DNA of 64,000 nt from an uncultured Candidatus Bathyarchaeia archaeon (GCA_964399235.1 CAYNQC010000002.1:3224-67223), one strand, 5' to 3'; positions 25,163 to 34,220 are shown, counted from the stretch's first letter. Notes: generated by a model not told the origin, from the letters alone. Program-made: numbers and translations.

Positions 25163-26215
25163 TTACACAGTTTCCGAAACTTTCTGCTTAACGCCAAACA
25201 ATTCAGCTACTTGCGACAGGTAGTTGACATAGTACCGACAAGCTTCTGGGACCTCGGCCAGGTAATCGAAAAACAGTTGCACAGGGTATTTGCCCGCCGG
25301 GTCGAAACCCGCTTTTTGGCAGAACATCAGCACGCCGGACTTGCAGAATTTCAGCTCCCGAACAGTAGCCATTGACACCACTGGGCCGGTGTAGTCCTGC
25401 ATGGCGGCCTTGGTATCTCTGGCCAGGGTATAGTTGCGGATAGCCTCAAGCCTGGTCGCGCCCCTGGCCATGATATCGCTACCAACCACGGCATAATCCA
25501 CGGGCGGAATCAGCGGCTGGCTGTCCAGCTCCAGGGTGCGGATGTACACGCTCACCACCTCTTCAGGGCTGGTGCATAGCGTGGTGGTGCTGACGCGCTC
25601 CACCCCATAGACAGAATGCCCCTGTATCCTGCGCAGCTTGCTTGACCGGCAGGTCACCGGCACCACGATGCCACTCTGCACTACGGCATTCATGATGACA
25701 TTCCTGCCCCAGTGTTCGACCACAACATCCTTGATCTCGATCGCTTTAGTGCTGGGGTTCCAGCGCCGTATGCGCACTGCCCTTTCCTTGACTATGGCTT
25801 TGGTGGCGTAGTAGGAGCGGTCCAGGCTCGCGTCCTGCCATGGCCATACCCACCATGAACCTACCTTGGCCACGGCCGGGTCATCGACTCGCAGTTGATG
25901 GAGCGGGATGATTTTAATCCTGGCCTCAGCGTTCTCGGTCGGCTTGAAGCCGAGGGCTCGCAGTGGATACCCGGCGGCAGCATCGCGCTTGCTGGCCTCA
26001 TAATCGGCTTTCCCGGCGCTAATCTGCCAGGGGCCACGAAGGTAGCGGCAATCACTCTGCATGTTGGTGGCGTGGGCTGAGGCGGTCTCGTGCAGCAATT
26101 TATTGATGAGCTTTAGCTCCGTGATGCCACGCTTGCCACGAGGGCAGTTGAGGACAGCCAGCAGCGCACCGCCTAGCAGCGCATCAGTACGGGCATAGGT
26201 TGGCGTGAACTTCAT
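25163..26215 (-). CDS. hypothetical protein (350 aa)
   Basis: Long ORF with genome-typical codon pattern; no family recognised. Confidence 0.65.
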   Translation of the reverse strand: MKFTPTYARTDALLGGALLAVLNCPRGKRGITELKLINKLLHETASAHATNMQSDCRYLRGPWQISAGKADYEASKRDAAAGYPLRALGFKPTENAEARIKIIPLHQLRVDDPAVAKVGSWWVWPWQDASLDRSYYATKAIVKERAVRIRRWNPSTKAIEIKDVVVEHWGRNVIMNAVVQSGIVVPVTCRSSKLRRIQGHSVYGVERVSTTTLCTSPEEVVSVYIRTLELDSQPLIPPVDYAVVGSDIMARGATRLEAIRNYTLARDTKAAMQDYTGPVVSMATVRELKFCKSGVLMFCQKAGFDPAGKYPVQLFFDYLAEVPEACRYYVNYLSQVAELFGVKQKVSETV

Positions 26216-26278
26216 CAGGGTACTCCTTGGTTGTGTGGGTCCGTGGGAGCCCCCCCAGGGCGAGGGGCTCGGGCCGAC

Positions 26279-26557
26279 CTACGCAGTCATACCGGTTTGC
26301 CGGCGAAGTGGCTCCAGGGCCTCAAAGGTGGTGGCAACCTCCGGGGCTCGATCGATCGCCCATATCAGGCACTCCTCGCGGCTGGCAGTAATCCAGGCTG
26401 TCCCGGCGGCACCATGCCAGCCCCGAGCATTCTCGTAGACCACGGTGAGCAGCAGATTGGTGTTGGCATCGCGCAGTTGGTAAACCGGGCTGTTGACCCC
26501 ATTCACGGACACGTCAGCAGGGGCGACAGTCAGGGTATAGTTCTCAGGTTTGAACAT
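26279..26557 (-). CDS. hypothetical protein
   Basis: ATG 26557 (MFKPENY) with GAGGAG SD. Confidence 0.55.
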   Translation of the reverse strand: MFKPENYTLTVAPADVSVNGVNSPVYQLRDANTNLLLTVVYENARGWHGAAGTAWITASREECLIWAIDRAPEVATTFEALEPLRRQTGMTA

Positions 26558-26567
26558 GTCAGACTCC

Positions 26568-26813
26568 TCAAGGGCAGGGGTGGCTGGTGAGTACGGCGAC
26601 CCAGTCATGGAGACTGTCCAGCCGGAACAGATACACAGGCTCTCCGGGATGGTTGCGCAACATGCTGTCCAGGCGCGTCATAGTCATGGGTACACCATCG
26701 ACAGTCAGGTATCCTTCCTGGTACCTCCTGACAGCAAGGTCGAGACGCTCCAAAGAGACCACCAGAGGGCGAGTTATAGCGGACACCAGCATTGCGGTAT
26801 TAGTCATAGTCAA
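26568..26813 (-). CDS. hypothetical protein
   Basis: 81-aa ORF. Confidence 0.5.
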   Translation of the reverse strand: MTMTNTAMLVSAITRPLVVSLERLDLAVRRYQEGYLTVDGVPMTMTRLDSMLRNHPGEPVYLFRLDSLHDWVAVLTSHPCP

Positions 26814-27042
26814 TCACCCATTTATCATCGATTTTTTCGATCAGCAACGGACACCAATCGGGAACCACTTCAGCATTCTCGATGCTGGGCGGGTCGGCCA
26901 GGGTCGGGTCCAGGTCGCAGTGATTGGGAACATCCGGGGCATGCGCTAGCTCAAAACCCTCAGCGAAGTGCGGGCAGTCAAGGCAGCGCGTCACGATGTA
27001 CCCTGGAATGGTCTTGGGCGGTATCTTGGCGCTGTTAGCCAT
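26800..27042 (-). CDS. Cys-rich hypothetical protein
   Basis: Start MANSAKIPP at 27042; CLDCPHF...HC...WC. Confidence 0.5.
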   Translation of the reverse strand: MANSAKIPPKTIPGYIVTRCLDCPHFAEGFELAHAPDVPNHCDLDPTLADPPSIENAEVVPDWCPLLIEKIDDKWVIDYD

Positions 27043-27271
27043 GCTTGCGCTTCCTGGGTGCGGGCACAGTAGCGACATCAAGGCAATCGCCCATCTCATC
27101 ACCATCTTTGTAAATTTCGACAGATACCCCACCCTCGGCATGGCGGATGTACACAGAATAGGGGCCGACCGTCACCCAGCATGATTCCTTGACCAGGACG
27201 TAATCACAGCCACTGCTACCCGTGGGCTCAAGGGCGTCGGGGTCAGCCATGTAATCGAATGCGCTTTCCAT
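27035..27271 (-). CDS. hypothetical protein
   Basis: 78-aa ORF. Confidence 0.55.
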   Translation of the reverse strand: MESAFDYMADPDALEPTGSSGCDYVLVKESCWVTVGPYSVYIRHAEGGVSVEIYKDGDEMGDCLDVATVPAPRKRKHG

Positions 27272-27355
27272 AGAAAAATCCTCACGTTATGCCCTGGACC
27301 AGGGCGGGTAGTAGGTCCATACATGCCCCCCAAGTGAGAGGCATGACTAGGCCGA

Positions 27356-27601
27356 CTAAAGCAGAACCTTGTGCAACTTCAGCAACACGGACCAGCCTGC
27401 AGTCGATGTTGGGTCATACAGTCGTACCGGCTCAAACCCGCGCAAAGCTTGTTCCAGGCTGGCAGGGTGCACATACCCACCGCCCATGAATTCCAGGTCG
27501 CGGGAGCAGTACCAGGCAATAGTCGCGGGCAACTTGGCCAGGTACGTGTCACTGTCTGGGGTAGTGATTGATACCAGCTCCACCGGGGTGAGTTGTCTCA
27601 T
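27356..27601 (-). CDS. hypothetical protein
   Basis: Start MRQLTP in ATGA overlap with upstream stop. Confidence 0.55.
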   Translation of the reverse strand: MRQLTPVELVSITTPDSDTYLAKLPATIAWYCSRDLEFMGGGYVHPASLEQALRGFEPVRLYDPTSTAGWSVLLKLHKVLL

Positions 27602-27837
27602 GGTAGCCAATCCCGGTGAGCACTCAGGCGCACAATGCAGGTATAGAATTCCTCAGTTGTGATGCGGCTGTCGGTCTTGCTGGCATCGAGGGCCAGGCAA
27701 TAGGGGTCGTGGCTGTCGAGCAGGGCGGCAATATCGGCGGACACGCTGGCATCGCGACCAAGGAAAGCCAGGGTTGACTCCTCGATGGCATAGTAGCGGG
27801 GCTGTGGGTGCGAGAATGGGCGTTGAAACAGTGACAT
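27598..27837 (-). CDS. hypothetical protein
   Basis: 79-aa ORF; AGGAG overlapping the upstream stop. Confidence 0.55.
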   Translation of the reverse strand: MSLFQRPFSHPQPRYYAIEESTLAFLGRDASVSADIAALLDSHDPYCLALDASKTDSRITTEEFYTCIVRLSAHRDWLP

Positions 27838-27848
27838 GGGGTATACTC

Positions 27849-28028
27849 CTAACGGTTGTTGGCAATGGCCAGCACGGCATCACGGGTCTTGCCAGACTTC
27901 AGCAGGCGCATGCTGGGGTTGGCGAAGGTCCTGGTGCCGGGTCTATAGTGGGACGTGACACGAGTGTAGACGTTCTGAGTCAGGGTACTGGCGATGTAGA
28001 CATGGCCATGCAGGATGATCTTGTGCAT
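27849..28028 (-). CDS. hypothetical small protein (59 aa, below track cutoff)
   Basis: Hand translation MHKIILHGHVYIASTLTQNVYTRV...AIANNR; AAGGAG 9 nt upstream of ATG 28028. Confidence 0.45.
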   Translation of the reverse strand: MHKIILHGHVYIASTLTQNVYTRVTSHYRPGTRTFANPSMRLLKSGKTRDAVLAIANNR

Positions 28029-28097
28029 AGTGATTACTCCTTGGGTTGTAGTGGGTCTGGTCTGACACCCTCGTGAGAGGGCATCAGTACTGAGCCA

Positions 28098-28286
28098 CTA
28101 GGCGGCTAGGGTATGGCCTTGCAGGCGAAGGAACGCTTCCACCTCGGCCCAGTAGATAGCCTGATCAATCTTGCCTTGATGCATAGCCTTGTTGGCATGC
28201 TCCGCAGCGCGGGCTATAGACAGGTGGAGCTGGCTTTCCATCAGGATGGACTGGGTGCGGCTGGCAATGGCTTGCTGGGTGTTCAT
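28098..28286 (-). CDS. hypothetical small helical protein, first gene of minus early operon
   Basis: ATG 28286 (MNTQQAIASR) with GGAGAG SD. Confidence 0.5.
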   Translation of the reverse strand: MNTQQAIASRTQSILMESQLHLSIARAAEHANKAMHQGKIDQAIYWAEVEAFLRLQGHTLAA

Positions 28287-28437
28287 GGTTTGACTCTCCG
28301 GTTGGTTTTGGGTGGTCGCTTTCGACCTGGCAATCAAGCTACTCGCGCCGGTTTTGGATGTCAATCCAGGTTTACTAAATAATTCGCAAAGCGGAAATTA
28401 ATATTAGCTTTTCAAGCAGTTACAGCGGTAGGTAATT

Positions 28438-28884
28438 ATGGCGAACACCAGAGTTAAGACCGGTCCGCTGGCGGCGGACGAGTTTACAGAGCAGGTGGAC
28501 GGTGAGGTTGGGCTTAGGCGATATGGCCGGGGAAAGCTGGTTCAAAGGTTCGTTACAGAGCTTGCTCTGGACTTCGAGAGGAACGGCAGGAAGGTCATAT
28601 GGGCTTTAAGGGAAAAGAACCCTGTTGAGTACTGTAAGATCATTGCAGCCCTAGTTCCGAAAGATATCAACCTGAATATCTCGGCAGATCAAGAGCTTGG
28701 CTCCCTGCCAGATCACATTTTACGGTCAATGCTGTCTGACAGCCTAAGCAAGCTTCAGCAGCAAGGGGTCAGCACGGGCTATGTGATTGATGCACAACGA
28801 GTTCCACTGCCCAGTGCTAGTACTCACATGGTGCTAGCTGATGCAGCAGCAGAGCAGCCTGACCCTGAGTGTACTGATACGTAA
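28438..28884 (+). CDS. hypothetical protein (possible small terminase/DNA-binding; weak)
   Basis: 148-aa ORF after AT-rich divergent region; position only. Confidence 0.45.
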   Translation: MANTRVKTGPLAADEFTEQVDGEVGLRRYGRGKLVQRFVTELALDFERNGRKVIWALREKNPVEYCKIIAALVPKDINLNISADQELGSLPDHILRSMLSDSLSKLQQQGVSTGYVIDAQRVPLPSASTHMVLADAAAEQPDPECTDT

Positions 28885-29216
28885 TCAGTAGGTCTACTGT
28901 GAGTGCTGCCTTATTCCCTAGTGATATCAGTGACTTGCAGCGCATGTTGTGTACTGTCCTGTTTACGGTAGACGTATGGTAGACAGTTGGTGATTGTTTG
29001 TGCCTGCTGTGAGCTCTGTAGGGCCTGGGCCTGGTACTGTGTGGAGATAACACCCTATTTATCTTGCCTGACCCCATTTCTGACCCCCTACCCCCCATTT
29101 CGGGCGCGGGAGTCCCAGTGATCAAAGACCACTCCTCATCCCTACAAGATTTTAAAACAATTATCATCTAACGTCCCTAGAACTCCTCAACTCCGCAACC
29201 GATAGATCTAGCGCAG

Positions 29217-29564
29217 CTAGAACGACTCGGTGCGCCAACCCCCTCCGTGCTTCTTCGGGACCGCATAGATCGCCACAAAGCGCATAGGAAACATCTCAGC
29301 GGCGACCTTGATCTTCACCTTGGAGTCCCCCAGCCAGATGGATTTGACCTCTCTGCACTCCAGCTCACCATTCTGGAGCATCACCACGAAGTCGGGCGTA
29401 TACCGGGTATCCGGCGCCAGCTTGAAGGTTATAGCTCCGAACCGGTACCACAGAATCTCCCCTGCTGACAAAAGGGTCTTCAGGTAAGCCTCGTATCTCG
29501 CCTCGGTCTGATTCATCTCCCCAGGCTTCAGATGGCCCAGAGCGTACAAGGGTGGTCTTGCCAT
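29217..29564 (-). CDS. DUF1064-like putative PD-(D/E)XK nuclease/resolvase
   Basis: MNQTEARYEAYL...YTPDFVV...ECREVKS...KIKVAAEMFP pattern. Confidence 0.6.
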   Translation of the reverse strand: MARPPLYALGHLKPGEMNQTEARYEAYLKTLLSAGEILWYRFGAITFKLAPDTRYTPDFVVMLQNGELECREVKSIWLGDSKVKIKVAAEMFPMRFVAIYAVPKKHGGGWRTESF

Positions 29565-29714
29565 TCAACACCTTTTTAACCTAAAATTCTTTGCTAACTC
29601 GAAGTTGTTGATTTGTAGTGCTTTTTACGCTGTCGTCACCTATAAGATAAATAGCGTCATGTTTTTGTAAACCGGTACGCTACTGGTACATTGTCCGCAA
29701 GACTGTCAATGCTA

Positions 29715-29812
29715 AAGGTATCCTTGGATGGTTTCTCCTTACTTCTCCTTGATGGTTTTCCTTGCATCCTTTCCTTAATCCTTATCCTAAATCCTCTTCC
29801 TTAATCCTACCA
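29715..29812 (-). repeat. cluster of 11 (A)AGGA motifs (TCCTT on plus strand)
   Basis: Minus strand: GGAttaaGGAagaGGAtttaGGAtaaGGAttaaGGAaaGGAtgcaaGGAaaaccatcaaGGAgaagtaaGGAgaaaccatccaaGGA. Confidence 0.8.
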
Positions 29813-30004
29813 AAGGTGTGTGTTTACCTCTTACTATGGTGTACTTATGTTTCCAAAGACGTAAGAAGGTATGCCTGTTTCTTTTATATAGGGGTGATCA
29901 GGGCGTCTGTTTTAAGAAAATATCAATAACTTACAGAAATATTTTGTATCGACCCCTTTTTTTTGCTATTTTAATAACACTTCTCGCTCACTCTGAGGCA
30001 TCCC

Positions 30005-30406
30005 ATGGGTAGACGCTCCCTTGACCTGGCTGGTAAACACTTCCATCGCTGGGTGGTTCTGGAACAGGCGTCCGGCTTACCGGGTTGGTGGCTCTGCTGC
30101 TGTAAGTGTGGGACTGTGAAGACGGTGCTGGGGAGTTCCCTGGTGTATGGCAACAGCAAATCCTGTGGGTGCTTGCAGAAAGAGCTGCAGCGTGTACGGG
30201 CTACTGAGCCTACCAAGCGCAGTCATCTGCTGACCTATCAGGGTAAGACCCAGTCATTGGCGCGCTGGTCGCGTGAGTATAACCTGGCTGCCGACACCAT
30301 CCGCAATCGCCTGAATCGGGGCTGGGATCTGGAGAAGGCCTTGAGCACTCCCTCGCGGGCTGCGCGCTCTCCTGATCTGGTGACGGTCTTCGAGGTTATG
30401 CCGTGA
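30005..30406 (+). CDS. zinc-ribbon plus HTH DNA-binding protein upstream of terminase
   Basis: WWLCCCKCGTVKTV...SKSCGC ribbon; C-terminal QSLARWSREYNLAADTIRNRLNRGWDLEKAL HTH-like. Confidence 0.6.
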   Translation: MGRRSLDLAGKHFHRWVVLEQASGLPGWWLCCCKCGTVKTVLGSSLVYGNSKSCGCLQKELQRVRATEPTKRSHLLTYQGKTQSLARWSREYNLAADTIRNRLNRGWDLEKALSTPSRAARSPDLVTVFEVMP

Positions 30407-33400
30407 TTCCTAACCTGGGTGCCTTGCCCCTCTGTGAGCTGGCCCCGGCGCATCATGCGATCCTGATCGAGCAGGAGCTGTCTCGGCGGGCTGAGAAGAA
30501 AATCCTGGAGCGTGACTTCGCGGCCTTCGCCAAAGCGGCCTGGCACGTAGTAGCCCCGGATCGGGAGCTGGTTTGGAACTGGCACCACGATCTGATCTGC
30601 AACTACCTGGAAGCATTCGCCCTGCGCTACATCCGCAACCTGCAGATCAACATCCCCCCGCGCTGCACCAAGTCCATCCTGTGCGCGGTCCTCTACCCGG
30701 TATGGGTATGGATCAAGCAGCCCAACCATCAGTTCCTGACCTTGAGCTTCAAGGAAGACCTCTCAACCCGCGATGCCGTGGCCTCGAGGAACCTTATGGC
30801 CTCAGAGTGGTTTCAGCGCAGGTGGAGCGATCGCTTCAAGTTCAGCGGGGATACCAACGCCAAGACCAGATACCAAAACGATCATTCCGGGCATCGGATC
30901 TCCTCGGGTATGACCTCTGGCGTGTTGGGTGACGGTGGTGATTGCCTTCCTGGGGAGACCAGGGTGATGACGGAGGTAGGGGAGATTCGTATCGACACCC
31001 TCACCCAGTTGATAGACAAGCCGAGGGTGTTATCCTACAATCATCTGACCGAACAACTCGAATATCGCCCTGTGGTGGCGGCCCGGGAGCTTCCTGCAGA
31101 TGAACTTATCGAATTTAAAACATCCAGCGGTAATACGCTCAGAACTACCCGGCGGCATCGTCTGTACGTCCATAAATCCGGTTACCGGCCAGCGAAGAAT
31201 ATCTGCCTTGGTGAAAGATTCCTCGAACTCGTGCCCGGTATGCCATGGGTCCAAACTCAAGGAGAGCCAGTTCTGCAGCCCCTGTTATCACCAGATGAAG
31301 CGCCAGGAAGTGGAGACGGTGTGCTCGTTATGTGGGACCCCGGTAATCCAGGAACTCTCGGCATTCAGGAAAAAAGTCGAGCGGGATGGGCAGACCGAAT
31401 TCTATTGCTGTGTCGAGCATTCGCGGGCGCATCACGCAGTCAAGAATCGCCGGAAGTGCGCGGTTTGCGGATCCAGGGTAGCGAAGAAAACCAGGAAATA
31501 CTGCTCGACAGCCTGCCGGGAGTCAGCCAGAAAGCCCGCCTTGGAGATTGCCTGCGAAACCTGTGGGAAGCGATTTCATCCGGCGAACTCCAAGGTTCGG
31601 TATTGCTCGCTGGACTGTTCGGCGCTGGCCCACAGCCGGCGTATGCGGGGAGAAGGGAATACCAGATACCAGGATGGGAGATGCGTCCAGAGTGGGTTCC
31701 GTGCGATGCGGCCGGTGATTATGGAGCGGGATGGGCGGGCTTGTGTGGCTTGCAGGACGCAGGAAAACTTGATCGTGCATCACATGGACCGGGACCGGAA
31801 GAACAATCGGGTAGAGAATCTGGTCGTTCTGTGTCAGCCCTGCCACGTCAGGAGGCATCACTGCGCACCTCCGGCGTTCGAGTGGTTGCCAGGGTACGTC
31901 ATGGGGGCGAGCCAGTCTATGACCTCCAGGTTGCAGGAAACAGCAACTTCTTTGCTAACGGAATTCTGTCCCACAACAGCATAATAATCGACGATCCGCA
32001 CGACCCAGAGGGCGCGCAGTCGGATGCTCAGCGGGCGACCACCCTGCGGTCCTACGACGGTCAGCTCATCACGCGCTTGAACGATCGGCGCTCGGGCGGG
32101 ATCCTGATCTTCATGCAGCGGCTGCACGACCACGATCTGTGCGGGCATGTGCTGGCCAGGGAGGGGCAGGCTGATCAGGGCGGGCGCTGGCATCGCCTGG
32201 TAGTACCCATGCGCTACGACCCAGAGCTCAGCCTGTCGACTTACCCTGAAGCCGGCAAGGACCCGCGCACCAAGCCTGGGGAGCTGTTGGATCCGATCCG
32301 TTTCCCAAGAGGGGAAGTAGACTTGCTGGAGACGACCCTGGGGCCTTACAACGTCTCGGGCCAGCACCAGCAGTCCCCATCCCCCCCGGGCGGAGGGATC
32401 CTGAAAACGGCCTGGTGGCAGATGTGGCCCAAGGAGCGCCCGCTGCCCAAATGCAGGGAAATCTTCGCCTCCCTGGATACCGCCTTCACTGAGCGCCATC
32501 ACAAGGAAATGGAGCAGACAGGTCATGCGGCGCGCTCGGCCTGCACGGTCTGGGGGGTGTTCGAGGAGGACAATGGGGCGCCTGGGGTGATGCTGATTGG
32601 GTCCTGGGCTGACTGGATTGATTGGCCGGCCCTGGTGAAAAAGGCCAGGGAGACCTACGATCGCCACGACCCTGACTACATCCTGATCGAGAAAAAGGCC
32701 TCTGGCATATCCCTGCTGCAGGACCTGAAGTACCAGGGCATCCCTGTCGTCGAGTACACGCCGGATGGTGACAAGATTGCCCGCGCCTACGCCTGTCAGT
32801 CCATCCTGTCCTCGGGCTTTGTGTGGTATCCGGATCGTGCCTGGGCGCACGAGGTGGTGGCGGAATGCGCTGCTTTCCCGCGTGGCTCACTGAAGGACTA
32901 TCCCGATACCTGCGTGACTCCGGATACGGAAATCTACTGCGCCGAGGGCGTGAAGCCGATTCGTGACATAGTCCCTGGAGATTGGGTGCTTACTCATGCG
33001 GGTAGATTCAGAAGGGTCACCAGCGTGATGACCAGAACCAGCGACCATATCCACCGCTTCAAGGCTAAGTGCCTGGATGAAATATCGATAACCGGGAACC
33101 ATCCAATGTTTATCCAGAGGGCTGATGGGGTGGGATGGATACCGGTTGCCGAGGTCAAGCCAAGAGAGAAGTTTCAGTTCTATAGAAAAGGCAAGGTAGT
33201 AAGCTGTCCCGTTTACTTGAAGTCGGCCGATTTTGATATGGCTGTGCTGCCGGAAATACGCGGGGCTGACGGGGCTTGGTCAGTGCTTGTTGGTGCCTTC
33301 GCCGAGGAAGAATTGACTGGCTTGCGTGCCGGACGGAAGAAGTGTGAGAAAAAATTTAGTCTGAATTATGACCAGGGATGGTTGTTTGGGTTGTTTCTTG

Positions 33401-34179
33401 CAGAGGGGTGCGTAACCAAGAGCCGGGGTATCCCCAGTAAAATTGTCATCGCCTGTAATGAGGGCGCCATGCTGAAGGCGCAGAGCATCATCAGCAGCAC
33501 TTTTGGGGTTGATGTCAAGATTCGGAATGAAGGGGTTTGCCATAAGCTGGTGATTTGCAGAAAAGCGCTCGTGCCGGTATTTGAAACCTTCGGTCACCTC
33601 GCTGAAAATAAATATATCCCCCGGTGGGTCATGGAGGCCCCCATATCCTTCGTAAAAGGGTTCGTCGAGGGTTACGTAACCGGTGATGGAACTATCGATC
33701 ATGACGCTATACGATGCTCGTCCGCATCGAGATCTCTATTGCTGCAGCTTAGGTTATTGCTGATCAGATTAGGGAAATCGGCAAGCCTTTGCATGGAAAA
33801 GCCGGCCGGGGTGCGCGTCATCAACGGCGCCATGTGTGAGTGTTTGCCGGCGTACTCGATTAATTGGGTGACCAGGGACGATACGACGACGATAGGAAGA
33901 CCGCTGGAGGGCGGCGGTATGGGCTACTGGGTCGAGAGAAATGACAGGATCGAGGGGCCTGTTGAAGTCATGAACCTGTCCGTCGATGAAGACGAATCTT
34001 ACGTAACGACCGGCGGGACTGTGCATAACTGCACGCAGGCGTGGCTGCGAATCAAGAAATCAGGGCTGCTGCGCCGAAAAGTCATCCCCTTCAGGGACCC
34101 TGGACTTGATGACGAGGAGGATGAGCCGGCATTTGTGAAACCCAAGAAATACCGCAGGGTAGTAGGTATTTACGGCTAG
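30403..34179 (+). CDS. terL: terminase large subunit precursor containing two inteins (540 aa after splicing)
   Basis: GTG start in GTGA overlap; extein motifs ...GVLGDGGD/SIIIDDPHD (Walker B-like) and ...KDYPDT/CTQAWL; QRLHDHDL. Confidence 0.85.
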   Translation: MIPNLGALPLCELAPAHHAILIEQELSRRAEKKILERDFAAFAKAAWHVVAPDRELVWNWHHDLICNYLEAFALRYIRNLQINIPPRCTKSILCAVLYPVWVWIKQPNHQFLTLSFKEDLSTRDAVASRNLMASEWFQRRWSDRFKFSGDTNAKTRYQNDHSGHRISSGMTSGVLGDGGDCLPGETRVMTEVGEIRIDTLTQLIDKPRVLSYNHLTEQLEYRPVVAARELPADELIEFKTSSGNTLRTTRRHRLYVHKSGYRPAKNICLGERFLELVPGMPWVQTQGEPVLQPLLSPDEAPGSGDGVLVMWDPGNPGTLGIQEKSRAGWADRILLLCRAFAGASRSQESPEVRGLRIQGSEENQEILLDSLPGVSQKARLGDCLRNLWEAISSGELQGSVLLAGLFGAGPQPAYAGRREYQIPGWEMRPEWVPCDAAGDYGAGWAGLCGLQDAGKLDRASHGPGPEEQSGRESGRSVSALPRQEASLRTSGVRVVARVRHGGEPVYDLQVAGNSNFFANGILSHNSIIIDDPHDPEGAQSDAQRATTLRSYDGQLITRLNDRRSGGILIFMQRLHDHDLCGHVLAREGQADQGGRWHRLVVPMRYDPELSLSTYPEAGKDPRTKPGELLDPIRFPRGEVDLLETTLGPYNVSGQHQQSPSPPGGGILKTAWWQMWPKERPLPKCREIFASLDTAFTERHHKEMEQTGHAARSACTVWGVFEEDNGAPGVMLIGSWADWIDWPALVKKARETYDRHDPDYILIEKKASGISLLQDLKYQGIPVVEYTPDGDKIARAYACQSILSSGFVWYPDRAWAHEVVAECAAFPRGSLKDYPDTCVTPDTEIYCAEGVKPIRDIVPGDWVLTHAGRFRRVTSVMTRTSDHIHRFKAKCLDEISITGNHPMFIQRADGVGWIPVAEVKPREKFQFYRKGKVVSCPVYLKSADFDMAVLPEIRGADGAWSVLVGAFAEEELTGLRAGRKKCEKKFSLNYDQGWLFGLFLAEGCVTKSRGIPSKIVIACNEGAMLKAQSIISSTFGVDVKIRNEGVCHKLVICRKALVPVFETFGHLAENKYIPRWVMEAPISFVKGFVEGYVTGDGTIDHDAIRCSSASRSLLLQLRLLLIRLGKSASLCMEKPAGVRVINGAMCECLPAYSINWVTRDDTTTIGRPLEGGGMGYWVERNDRIEGPVEVMNLSVDEDESYVTTGGTVHNCTQAWLRIKKSGLLRRKVIPFRDPGLDDEEDEPAFVKPKKYRRVVGIYG
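30943..31977 (+). mobile_element. intein 1 (345 codons) at the Walker B-like motif
   Basis: Starts CLPGETRV, block B GNTLRTTRRHRLYV, ends PVYDLQVAGNSNFFANGILSHN followed by S. Confidence 0.8.
31100..31984 (+). CDS. HNH endonuclease ORF in +1 frame nested within intein 1
   Basis: Five CxxC-type pairs, then CVACRTQENLIVHHMDRDRKNNRVENLVVLCQPCHVRRH; GGGAG 10 nt upstream of ATG 31100; stop 7 nt past the intein end. Confidence 0.6.
   Translation: MNLSNLKHPAVIRSELPGGIVCTSINPVTGQRRISALVKDSSNSCPVCHGSKLKESQFCSPCYHQMKRQEVETVCSLCGTPVIQELSAFRKKVERDGQTEFYCCVEHSRAHHAVKNRRKCAVCGSRVAKKTRKYCSTACRESARKPALEIACETCGKRFHPANSKVRYCSLDCSALAHSRRMRGEGNTRYQDGRCVQSGFRAMRPVIMERDGRACVACRTQENLIVHHMDRDRKNNRVENLVVLCQPCHVRRHHCAPPAFEWLPGYVMGASQSMTSRLQETATSLLTEFCPTTA
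32911..34029 (+). mobile_element. intein 2 (373 codons) with LAGLIDADG homing endonuclease domain
   Basis: Starts CVTPDTEIY, block B ITGNHPMF, LAGLIDADG motifs WLFGLFLAEGCV and FVEGYVTGDGTI, ends SYVTTGGTVHN followed by C. Confidence 0.85.
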
Positions 34180-34220
34180 ATCGGCTACGCTATGGAAAAT
34201 CAACGTTTTGGGGGGAGTCA

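Noticed and set aside
31523-32890. Antisense ORFs within the terminase gene (31523-31861, 31858-32850, 32486-32890)
   Set aside because: They are Arg/Pro/Gly-rich with no motifs, and lie opposite well-supported terminase and intein coding sequence.
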